A stretch of 32,517 bases of DNA from Chiloscyllium plagiosum (Eukaryota). The DNA lies in the NCBI RefSeq assembly GCF_004010195.1, contig NW_025214724.1:1-32517 (forward strand), written 5' to 3'. The position numbers were made by a program, and so were the translations under genes. This document shows positions 21,693-32,363 of the stretch, piece by piece; the first letter of the stretch is position 1; each line of letters starts with the position of its first letter. Below the pieces are notes generated by a model. That model saw only the letters and a list, made by a program, of their open reading frames with translations. It was not told the origin of the DNA and did no database searches.

Positions 21693-23706
21693 TAAAGAGT
21701 TTATAATATATATATAATCTCTTTTTTAAAAAAGCATTAATAACTTCATTTACTTACTGCTATTTTTACAAAATTACAAGCACCTCGCCTATCTTTACTG
21801 CATTTGGGTTTTTAACATTTTTTTCTCTTTTAACATTTTATAGATGCTGAAAAATAAAGTTCCTGCTGCTTAGGAACACTAAAGCTGAGCATTTCAGTGA
21901 TTTAGTATCAAAAACTTTATTTGGGGCCAAATCAAAATCATAAAAGGATGAAGTTCTTCATTGTCAAAGATTTGTATGAAAACCATTTTATTGACTTGGT
22001 GGCACATTGGGATTGAGGGTGTATCAGTATCAGATGAGATATCTGGAAATAAGCTCAGTATGTGTATCAGTGCTATTTTAATGAAGACATTCACTACCAT
22101 TTTACTCCTGGAGTTAGCATCAACTTCGTAGCAACAGATGAGCTGAATCCTTATATATTGTGATCACAACTCCAAGATTTAAAGGACCAATGTAAATGTG
22201 GAGATTGGAAGGTGTTGGAATTGAAAAGAAGAAAAGGTATGAGAGTATGGAAGTCAGTGAATGCATTTTCGTTTTCGACACTTTCTAACAAAATCAACTT
22301 GTGCAAATCTAATTTATAATTTCTAATTTTCTTTAAGAGCAATTAGCAGTTGTAAAATCTGTAGTTGTGAGCTTCGAGAAGGCTTACTTTCAAGAAGTGC
22401 ATTAAAAGAGCAGTCTAATTAGGAACAAGCTGGAAGTGAACATATTTAAGTAGCCAACCCAGTGTGACTTATAGTAAAGTGCAGGAATTGAATGCCTTAA
22501 GGATTTCAGAGGGAAAAAAATGTGTGGATGACAGTGGAGACTGTAGGGACGATGAGCGACTTTACCACGACACCGTTGCATAGGGAGTCACATATGTAGG
22601 AGAAGGAAAAAAGAATGTAGTACTGATTATAATTAAAGGGATGGATATTATTCCCTGCAGCTATGCACATGAATCCTAAAAGCTGTGTTGCCTTACTGGT
22701 GCCTGGATTAGAGCCAATTCCTTGAGACTAAAGAGGAACTTAGAGCAGGAAGGAAGGGATACAATTGCTGTTGCCCACATTGATACTAATGACATTGATA
22801 ACATTGGAAAGGAGGTTAGGCTGAAATATTTTGAACAATTGTAAGCTAAACTAAAATACAGAACATCCAAGCTGATAACCGCAGGATTACTACTTGAGCT
22901 GCAGACAACTGACATCGAATACATCAAGAAAAAGTGTTAAATGCAAGACATAAATATTGGTGTGAAAGGAATGCATTTCACTTAATGGATACTGGCACAA
23001 ATATTCGGGTGGAAGGGAGCTGTTCCAGTTGAATGGGCCTTCACTTGAAAAATGCTGGGACTAGAGTCAAGTCAAGTCGAATAGCGAGGGCTGTAGAGAA
23101 GATTTTAAAATAATTGGGATACGGGTAGGGTTCAGGAGGGGTAATGGAAGCTTGCAAAGCAATAGGATTTTGTGACATTGTAGAACAACTATTTTCACAA
23201 TGCTACCCAGAATAGGACAGGAAGTGACAGAGTATACAAGCATAAGAAGATCAGCAATTCACGTCCCGGTCAGGTAATTATGGTTTATTGTTCTGGGGTG
23301 AACTGTCGAAGCAAGACAAATTTCTTCCTGCTTTAGAATTAAAAAGGGAAGTGGCTCTGCCTGGATCAGTAAAAGCCAAAATTTCACATCAGAACTGCAA
23401 CAGTTGGTCATGCAATAGATTAGGAACAAATCTATCGTGGGAATGAGAGAAGAGAGATGTGTTGGATTGGCTTCAAAGCAGTGTATACCAAGGTGGTGCT
23501 GAAAGGTCAAATATGGGTGGTAATGGGATAGGTTTTAAGAAATAGTAAATGACAATTTAAAAATAAATAAATAAGACCAGCAAATAGGGAGAAAACCAGT
23601 AGAAAGACAAGATTAATATCTCTTCACGAGGATATGCATAGTATTCATAACACTAAAACAAATTGTCACAAATGGGTACATAGCCATTATGAAGATATGG
23701 CTATTG

Positions 23707-24010
23707 GATTAGATTAGATTCCCTACAGTGTGGAAATAGGCCATTCGGCCTAACAAGTCCACACCGACCCTCCGAAGAGTAACCCACCCAGACCCATTTC
23801 CCTCTGACTAGTGCACCTAACACTATGGGCAATCTAGAATGGCCAATTCACCTGACCTGCACATCTTTGGGCTATGTGAGGAAACTGGAGTACCTGGAGG
23901 AAACCCAAGCAGACACTGGGAGAATATGCAAACTCTACACAGACAGTCGCCCAAGGCTGGAATTGAACCTGGAACCTTGGCGCTGTGAGGCAGCAGTGCT
24001 AACCACTGAG
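23707..24010 (-). mobile_element. HE1-like V-SINE, about 10 nt 5'-truncated, inside CR1
   Basis: Closely similar to 3713-4012; ATCTA-repeat tail. Confidence 0.92.
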
Positions 24011-24320
24011 TATGTGGAAACCGAAACTCAGAACTAAACATTCAGGGGTATTTGTGACCTTTTGAAAGGACAGGCAGAAAGAAATTGGTGGCAGAGTTGT
24101 ATTGTTAGTATGTGATATAATTAGCATATCAGCAAGAAATGATCTTGGATCAGATCATGTAGAATCCATACAGGTGGATATACGAAATAACAATGGGCAG
24201 AAGACACTAGTGGGAGTAGTGTATAGGCCCCAAACAGTAGCTGTTTTGAAGACAGAGAATACATCAAAAAACAATATGATCATGTAAATACATTAATCAT
24301 GGTAACTTTACTCTTTATGT

Positions 24321-24640
24321 TTTGGCACAGATACTGGCAAGGTGGTGTTTGCTGCGGTGGTAGCGTTGGTGTGCCTGGTTCAGGACTCATGGCAGTGGTG
24401 GCAGGTGAAGCCCTGACCCAGGACCCTGCTAGGCTCCCCGAAGGTGGTGGAGGGCCCGGCTGATTTCCAGCATCAGGAGGGAGAGCCAGGAGCCACGTGC
24501 TTTTATTCCTTTCTTTATTTTCTGCTCTCTGTGTGATATTCTGAGATGGCGCTTGATAGCGGCGACTCTTTGCACTTTTCACTGACCTCTTGTATTCCTG
24601 TACTTGGGTACATGTGACAATAAAATCAAATCTAATCTAA
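24321..24640 (+). mobile_element. GC-rich non-autonomous retroelement with Rex1-type 3' end
   Basis: Interrupts the CR1 endonuclease frame. Flanked by TTATGT and TCATGT. Ends CTTTTCACTG...GGTACATGTGACAATAAA followed by ATCTA-type repeats. Confidence 0.7.
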
Positions 24641-26528
24641 TCATGTAGATTGGGAAAATCAAATTGGCTGAGTAAGAACTTATAGAATATATTTAGGATG
24701 GTTTCCTCGAACAATATGTTAAGAATAATACAAGGGATGTTGCTATTTTGGATTGGTTAATGTATAATGCGGGAGGTTTAATAAATGATATCAGAATAAA
24801 GGATCTCACAGATGACAGTAACCATACCATGGTAGAATTAAGAATTCAGTTTGAAAGTGAGAATCTGGATCAGAAATGTTAAACTTAAAATAAGGATAGT
24901 TCACATAGAAATGAGAGCAGAATTGGTTGGAGTGAACTGATAAAGGAGTTTAACAGAAGAGATGGGAGCCTATAAATGGCAGAGGAGTTGAATAAATACT
25001 TTGCATCACTCTTCAAAGTAGAGGCCTCAAATAGCATTCCAAACTTACTAAGTAATCAAGAGGTTAAGACCGGGGTGATGGAGGAAATAAGCACCATAAT
25101 TGTCATGAGAGAAAATGGATTCAGGAAACTAATGGGGCTAAAGGCTGCTAAGTTCCCTGGTCACAATGGATTGTGTCCTCAAATATTTGAGAAAATAGTT
25201 GCGGAAATGGTGACTGAACTGGTAGAAAACTTAAAGGAATCCTTAGGTTCTGGAAAAGTCCCAGAGGATTAGAAGTTTCTCAACATCACCCTTATTCAAA
25301 ATGGGAGGGAGACAAAAAATGTTTGCATTTATAAGCCAGTTATCCTAACATTTGTTATTGGGAAAATATTAGAGTATATCATGAAGGATGTAATACAGGA
25401 TTGGCTAAGCAACAAATGACAGAGGTAGGAAGAATAGGCATTTTCAGGAAGTCAACCCATAACTAATGGAGTGCCAAAGGTATGTGTTGGGGTCATAACG
25501 AATGACAATAAATGTTAAAGACATGAAAAAAGAAAATGAATGTATTTTCACCAGGTTTGCAGGTAACCCAAAATTGCATGGCAAGTAGTTAGCATGACAT
25601 AAGGAGTCTATAGAGTGATACTGACAGGTTAAGTGAATGGGCAAAAACTTGGCAGATGGAATATTGTGTGGAAAGTGGGCTTTGGCAGAAAGAATTAGAA
25701 GAACTGAATATTACTTACGTGGAAATGACTGCAGAAAGGTGCAGCACAGAGTGATTTGGAGGTTCGAGTGCATGAATCACAAGAAGTCAGCATCCACTTT
25801 TAGGAGGTAATAGGGAAAGCAAATGGAATGTAGTCTTCTACTTCCCTTGAACAGTGAAGAGTTTTGGTCCCTTTATTTACTGGGATTGGAGACAATCTTC
25901 AAAACGTTCACTTGGCTGAAGGACTGTCTTATGAGGAAAGGTTGAGTGGGTTAGGCCTGCCCTCATTGGAATTTAGAAGAATGAGAGGTGACCTTATTGA
26001 AACACACAACTTTCTTAGAGGACTAACAGGTAGATATGCTGAGGTTATTTCTTCTTGTGGGAGGTTCTAGGATCAGAAGGCATAATCTTCAGGTAAGGAG
26101 TCATCCATTTATGACAGAGATGAGGAGGGTAGTCAATCTGTGGAATTTCACTGAAGAGGGTTGAGAAGTCTGGGTCATTAAGTATATTCAAAGCTATGAA
26201 AGACAGATTTCTAATCATTAAAGGAATAAAGGATAATGGGGTTAAAGAAGGAAAATTGAATTGAGAATTATCAGATCAGCCACGATCTCATTGAATGGTG
26301 CAGCACACCTGATGGGCTGAACGGCCTACTTCTGCTCCTGTGTCTTATGATCTTATGCTGGGGGCAATCAGATACTGCCATTCTGTCCCAGAAATATGAA
26401 GATGAAACATGCTGTTGTTATGAAAAAGGAATGGCTTAATTTGCTGAAGGCTGGAAGGAACCAATGTCTAGGCAAAGTTAAAAATCACACAACACCAGGT
26501 TATAGTCCAACAGGTTTAATTGGAAGCA

Positions 26529-26563
26529 CACTCGCTTTCGGAGCGACGCTCCTTCATCAGGTG
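26529..26563 (-). ncRNA. Hammerhead motif with U16.1 changed to G, predicted inactive
   Basis: Mirror copy reads CAC-CUGAUGA-A-GGAGCGUCGCUCC-GAAAGCGA-GUG; the change is at 26533. Confidence 0.65.
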
Positions 26564-26752
26564 ATTGTGGAGGGCTCGATCGTAACACAGAATTTATAGC
26601 TGAAATTTGTAGTGTGATGTAACTGAAATTATACATTGAAGAATTGATGTATAATTCTTCAATTATAATCAATTCTTCAATGTATAATTTCAGTTACATC
26701 ACACCGCAAATTTTAGCTATAAATTCTGTGTTACGATCGAGCCCTCCACAAT

Positions 26753-26787
26753 CACCTGATGAAGGAGCGTCGCTCCGAAAGCTAGTG
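26753..26787 (+). ncRNA. Minimal type I hammerhead ribozyme, intact core; predicted cleavage after A26784
   Basis: CAC-CUGAUGA-A-GGAGC-GUC-GCUCC-GAA-AGCU-A-GUG: stem I CAC/GUG, 5-bp stem II, palindromic AGCU stem III, CUA triplet. Confidence 0.82.
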
Positions 26788-27419
26788 TGCTTCCAATTAA
26801 ACCTGTTGGACTATAACCTGGTGTTGTGTGATTTTTAACTTTGTACACCCCAGTCCAACACCGGCATCTCCGAATCATGTCTAGGCACACATGGCAAAGT
26901 GTACCAATGCAACAATGGCATCATTTGTCAGCCAGTGGCACTTAATTCTGATGAGATTGTGTTAATTCTCAATCAAGGATTATATACTTCCCTATTTTCT
27001 GGCAGTATGAATTGAAGACTCTGTTTTAATTGGATGAAATTTTCTTTTATTTTAAATTTAAATTGAGAGAATGGTGTTTTAGGCAAACTGAACTATTGGT
27101 GGTCATGGTTACTGTGGGAAAAGGGGAAGCTACTGAGTAATAATGAAGTGTCAACTGAAGTGGCCTTGTGTGAACTTACATGATTCTTATTGACTGATGT
27201 TGCGGTGCATCTGCTGGAAAGGGCATTGGTTGTGGCTGAGCAAAACTCCAGAAAGCTTGTTTTATTTCCTTTTTCAGCTCAGCCTTGTTCAGATTGTGTT
27301 TTCATTGTCCAGTGTGACAGATCCTTTTGCAATTGTCATATCATGGGAAAATGTAAGTTATGAAAGAGATTAAAAAATTTCATCTACCACACGAAGTCCT
27401 AATTGATGGCATGCCATCA

Positions 27420-27600
27420 GTTTTGTTTTATTTGTTCATGGGCTGCAAGCACGGCTGGGCAGGTAATTTCTAATGACATTCGAAAGGTAGTGTCAGTCAG
27501 GTTTTGGAAATGCTGCAGTCTGTGTCATGTGGATACATCCACGGCATTGTCAGGAAGGGAATTCCAGCATTTTGACTCTCAATACTGAAAGGTTAGTAAT
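27420..27600 (-). mobile_element. CR1/L2-group LINE 3' end fragment
   Basis: Reverse complement resembles 21520-21690 (AATGCTGGAATTCCCTTCC...CCACATGACACAGACTGCAGC...CCCATGAACAAATAAAA). Confidence 0.65.
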
Positions 27601-27659
27601 ACATCAACGCCTCAGGATAGACAGAGGCATTGCCTTGCACTAATATTAAGTTTTGCTGC

Positions 27660-27990
27660 AGAAATATAAGCTTAAAATCTCGCTGAGCCTCCAGAGTTAA
27701 GAGGACAGAAAGGCTATTTTTGAACGAGTTGCTAAACCAAAGCTCAATTTGCTTTTTCAGATGAGTGTAAGAGATCTCATGGCACTATTTCAATAAAAAG
27801 CAGAGGAAATTGTTTCATTATCCTGACCAATATTTATACCTCAATTCAATATCATTGCCAGTTTATTTGCTCATAATCACATTGCTGTTCAGGGAAATGT
27901 TGTGCACAGGTTGGTTGCTTTATTTTCTACAACTGCACTTATGCTTTGAATACACTTCTTAGGCTGTAAAGAAATTTGTATACAAATGCA
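27660..27990 (+). mobile_element. DeuSINE (SacSINE1/AmnSINE1-like) relic
   Basis: Recognised Deu-domain-like string GATCTCATGGCACTATTT...CCTGACCAATATTTATACCTCAA...ATCACATTGCTGTT...GGCTGTAAAG...TACAAATGCA. Confidence 0.7.
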
Positions 27991-28291
27991 GGATAGAATT
28001 TTGCATTTTCAGTTTAAGAGTTTTGTTGAATGAAATTCATGATCCCCAGTTTGCTATTTTTCAGGTGACTTTTCTCATGCAAACTTCCACTCTTCACCTC
28101 ATTATTGACACAACCAGGCTCCCTCTCAGGGAATTGCCTGGCAGGAAAGGCAGAAATGCTTTCTAATATTGGAACATTGCGACATTGATGCCACTGGTGT
28201 CATACTTACAGTCCAGCTGCTCAGCACTTCAGACACTGCAAACCCTGTTCTGCTTATCACATTGAAATGCTCCACAATTATTGTTGAGGAT

Positions 28292-28522
28292 TTGGCCCAT
28301 GCAGAAAGGAAAACTCACAGCTGCTTTGTTGGCAGAGACTTGGAAGTATTTGTGAATAGGGTGGTGGGCGCACCTTTTTCTTCTGATTGCTGCAAGAATC
28401 CACACCACCAGACACAGTCAGCTTGGACTGATAAAGTGGCTCAGGTCAGTGCTGTGTTCCAGGGGAAATGGGACATTCAACGTTGCAGAAAAAAGGTGGA
28501 AGATCTCTTGTGCTCCATGAGG
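28292..28522 (+). pseudogene. Myb/SANT-like DNA-binding exon relic of a PIF/Harbinger transposon (NAIF1/MSANTD-like)
   Basis: RKTHSCFVGRDLEVFVNRV...HHQTQSAWTDKVAQVSAVFQGKWDIQRCRKKVEDL fits the R..F..LE.L / AW..VA..VSA / QCRKK..DL pattern and ends at a splice donor AGG|GTAAGG. Confidence 0.72.
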
Positions 28523-30926
28523 GTAAGGTCCAACATATTCCCTCTGCTACCTTACACTCACAGGGCCACCACTCACACTAACTCTGTCACTGCACACATC
28601 TCTCACCAAGGCTCATGGACTACATCTCTCATTATTGAATGCATCCTGTCCACTCAATAATTTTCACCCACCTCATCCCCCTAAAGTACTAATTCCTCCT
28701 GATTTCTGCGCTTACTGCCCACTCAGTGGAGACAACTCACCACCTCTTCTGCTCTTTCATCCATTTCAATCAGATTCAATTTCTCCCTTTTTCTCATTAC
28801 CGGAGACTTTGCTCACCTTGCACATTTCCACAACACCCTGACCGAGCTGAACTGCAAGATAATGAATCCCTGGACTCAATAATTAAGCAATATCAACTCA
28901 CTGAAGTAGAATTGGATGGGCCTCTTCACTGACTGTGGCAAGACTCCTTTACTGACTGGATCACCCTTGACCCCAGTAGATGGGTTTTACTCTCCTTTGA
29001 TTTTTGGGCATAGCCATTTGTTTGAAGCATATACAGTATGTTTTCTGTGTACATTTTTAGCACAGGTTGCAAGTCTGACATTGCAAGTAGCACGATGCTG
29101 TCCACTGATAAGTCCACAGACCTTCACTATTCAATGCTTTCTATCACGACAAACTACCTACCTCTCCCTCTGCACTATAGAGCAATACCAGATACAGAGG
29201 CTCAGCCTATCACCAAGTGCTGAAGATCATGTACTCTAAAAAGAACTGGTGGAAGCATCCAAGTGAGCACAAAGTGAGTGAGCACTAAGAAAGCAAACTA
29301 AAGGCCATAAGATGCAACCTGTACCCATGCATGAGAAACATATGCGTCCCTTTGTGCAGCGACTTGGAAGAAGCATGTAATGTGTAGATTTCCTGAGCTT
29401 CAAAATGAAGTATTGAAGGACTGAAATAATGTGCGAGTTGGTCCAAGAGCAGGACTGAAGAAGTAGTGAGGGTGTTGGTTTGCCACAGTTAATTGGCATG
29501 TAAAAAGGGTCGAGAGGTTGACGTCAATGGAACATGGAGGAAAATCAACTGAAGACATAGTTGGATGATGGCTGTGACAAGAAGTTGACAGGGTGCAGCT
29601 GTCAAGTACCTATTCTGTTTTACATGTCAAAATTTACACCAGCTCATTTCCCAAGGATGAGGAGAATTGGAAATGGTGAATAAATAGGGTGTATTGGACC
29701 ATTAATAACATGGAAATGAACAGAAAACAAGTAGTTGCCACTCACTAGCAAGATTTCAAAGTTGCCATTGCCAGGGAAAAATTAGAATAAAGTATGTCAA
29801 AATTCTCACTTTATTTTCCCACCTTTCTTGTCATTGCCCACATGAGGTGAGATACGCTCCCCACAATCTCTTTCTTTTTGTTTCTTTCCTTCCTAGTGAC
29901 AATGTTTCAATTGGAAAATTATCTGCTAAAGGTTAAATTAAAGACAAACTGATCCTGACATTAAAGTTAACATTTGGGATCTTCTTTTCTTAGGCAACTA
30001 TTTTATTTAAATTGGAATTTTAAAGAGCCTATGTAAGAAAGATATAGATTTTTAGGACACAAGCCTCCAAACATCATTCCAGTATTAGACATGTTACTGG
30101 TAGCAGGGAGGTTGCTATACATTGAATGCATGATTCACGACAGGGAAGAAATGAAATTTGGAAGGTCTGTTATCTTTGATTACGACAAAATGGCTACGTT
30201 CAGCAGCACAAGCAGAGACATTGGTGGGCCGAATTTTTCAGTTCAAGCAAACCAAACGTGAGGATTAAAAACTTGGCATTGGACTAACTGGTTTGAAGCT
30301 ACTGGAATCAAGCCAATTTGTTTCACTCCCCTGTATATCCAATAGTGATACAGGTTTTAAATATCATCCAGGTATTTCTTTCAGAAACAGACCACTTCGC
30401 TGGAATCTGATCCTATTTACATTTTTAGAAAACAACCCCATGGCAACTCAAAAACTTCCTTCTACATCTTTGAATATTTTAAAATGATATATGAACTATT
30501 TTATCACAGCATTTCTTTCTGTAAACAATTTCTGATGACAAAGCAAATGTGAGAGAGGGAGAGAAATAAATTTGGGCTCAGATTTTTGTCCCTTTATGGA
30601 GATAGGATTGCGGTTGGGAATATCAATTATCTTGTTCTCCATTTTGAATTTTCAGTGCCTTCCCAGCCTCTAACTATTTTCTAATAGCCATTTCATAGGT
30701 CAGAAATACTTGGATCATGAGATCATCATTGACAGCCCCAGCAGAAATTAGATTTTTCTATCTTAGGATATTTTTATAGAGGTGGGTGCATTTTAACAGT
30801 TCATGCATTCCATGGGAAACCTGCTGAGGAATCTAGAATATTCTGAGAGTAGAGTGTAAAATATCATTATTAGATGCTACCTTGTAAGTTGGACTGATTA
30901 TAGAGCTTTGCTCTGGAAAGGTAATC

Positions 30927-31246
30927 ATCATAGAATCCCAAAATGTGGAAACAGGCCTTTCAGCCCAACACCTCCACACCAACCCTCTGAAGAGTAACCA
31001 TCTAGACCCATTCGCCCTCCCCTATATTTACCCCTGACTAATGCACCTAACCTACACAACCCTGAACACTATAGGCAATTTAGCATAGCCAATCCACCTA
31101 ACCTGCACATCGTTGGACTGTGGAGGAAACCCAATCTGATGTGGGGAGCATGTGCAAACTCCACATAGACAGTCACTTGAGGCTGGAATTGAACCTGGGT
31201 CCCTGCTGCTGTGAGGCAGCAGTGCTAACCACTGAGCCATCGTGCC
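30927..31246 (-). mobile_element. HE1-like V-SINE with internal deletion
   Basis: Minus-strand GGCACGATGGCTCAGTGGTTAGCAC...GGTTCAATTCC head; same body as the other copies. Confidence 0.9.
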
Positions 31247-31944
31247 AACCATTAGGTTGACTAACGTGGTGTAAATACAGAGATGCATTAATGATTGTTC
31301 CTATTGGGCAAAAGATTTTAGAATTCTTGTGTTATGATGACCAGAAATAATTTAAAAGTCCTCAGCCCTTTAAATTTGAAAAAGAAAAATCCTTCTTTCT
31401 CTTTAGAAACCCCAATATATTTGCTCTGTGACTGCTTTGATTGACAGGACATCTGGTGTATCTGAATAACATGCTCAATCCATTTTTGTATTTTAAAAGG
31501 CTTCATTGTCTTTTTTTTTGACAGCTGAGGTCAACATAGTTTCTTTTAATGAGTTCTAAACAAGACAGAAACTCTTAGCTGAAGCTGTGTTCAAGTTTGA
31601 CTGATGGTGTTAAGAAGTTAGTCAAGGATTATCTATCTTTGATGTAGTTAATGAATAGAATTCAACAATGGATAGACTACGAGGTAATTTAAGTTATTTT
31701 TCATTAAGTAAAAGCTTTTGAAAAATATGGTTTATTAAACTGTTCAAGGTGTTATTTTTAATAATCATTTCAAAAGACTCCGATTGCTATTACATGGTCC
31801 CTGAGACCTATGCATAGTGGATACTGGATGATTAGATTTAGGAGATAGATAGGGACATGAAAGGGGAATGGGTAATCTGAAATGACATACAGAATATAAT
31901 GGGAAATATGAGGTGTTTTGGAGAGGGCAAGAACCATCACTTAA

Positions 31945-32340
31945 AATGAGCAACTCTCTCATTCTGAACCAATATCCGCTAGTCTCTCAGCATCCAAGCT
32001 GTCAAGCCTCCTCAGTAGGATCACACTCATTCATTAAATTCACAACTCATTCCACCTGACTCCAAGAATTACAGGCCCAAACTGTTCAACCTTTCACATA
32101 AAACAATTCCCTAATCTTAACAATTAACCTAGGGAAACTTATTTTAACGCCTTCAATGCAAATATTCCCTCCTTAAACAAGCAGAACAAAATTGTACATA
32201 GTATTCTTGGTGTGATCACAAAGTGCCCTGCGCAGTGGTAGCAAGTCTTTTATATTTCCTGTAGTAAAGGTCAACATTCCATTTGTCTTCCTAACTACTT
32301 CCTGTACCTGAATGTTAACTTTTTGATTTCATGCATGTTC
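31945..32340 (-). mobile_element. CR1 LINE RT C-terminal fragment
   Basis: Minus-strand VQEVVRKTNGMLTF and EYYVQFCSACLRREY-like relics; resembles 10800-11100. Confidence 0.7.
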
Positions 32341-32363
32341 TTTCAACAGTTAAATAATATTTA

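Larger units (their letters stand above)
22480..26357 (+). mobile_element. CR1 LINE, long decayed copy (ORF1 esterase, ORF2 endonuclease and RT, 3' tail) with internal deletions and insertions
   Basis: ORF1 LCCLTGAWIR and AVAHIDTNDI (SGNH esterase, HVGTND-like); endonuclease TLVGVVYRP and HVDWENQIG; RT-linked MAEELNKYFASLF, KLMGLKAAKFPG, GLSYEERLSGLGLPSLEFRRMRGDLIETH; tail TCTTATGATCTTATG. Confidence 0.88.
26475..26876 (+). mobile_element. Young Penelope-like pLTR fold-back insertion, family B
   Basis: 176-bp inverted arms at 26473-26648 and 26668-26843 with 4 mismatches by eye, 19-bp spacer, 33-nt tail. Exact 11-bp TSD ATGTCTAGGCA at 26464-26474 and 26877-26887. Confidence 0.93.

Noticed and set aside
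26396..26838. Near-identical small ORFs on opposite strands as a duplicated gene pair
   Set aside because: They are a by-product of the 176-bp inverted repeat.
29100..29620. HARBI1-like transposase downstream of the Myb exon
   Set aside because: No DDE motifs such as GDKGY or IDCTH could be read in the frames I checked.
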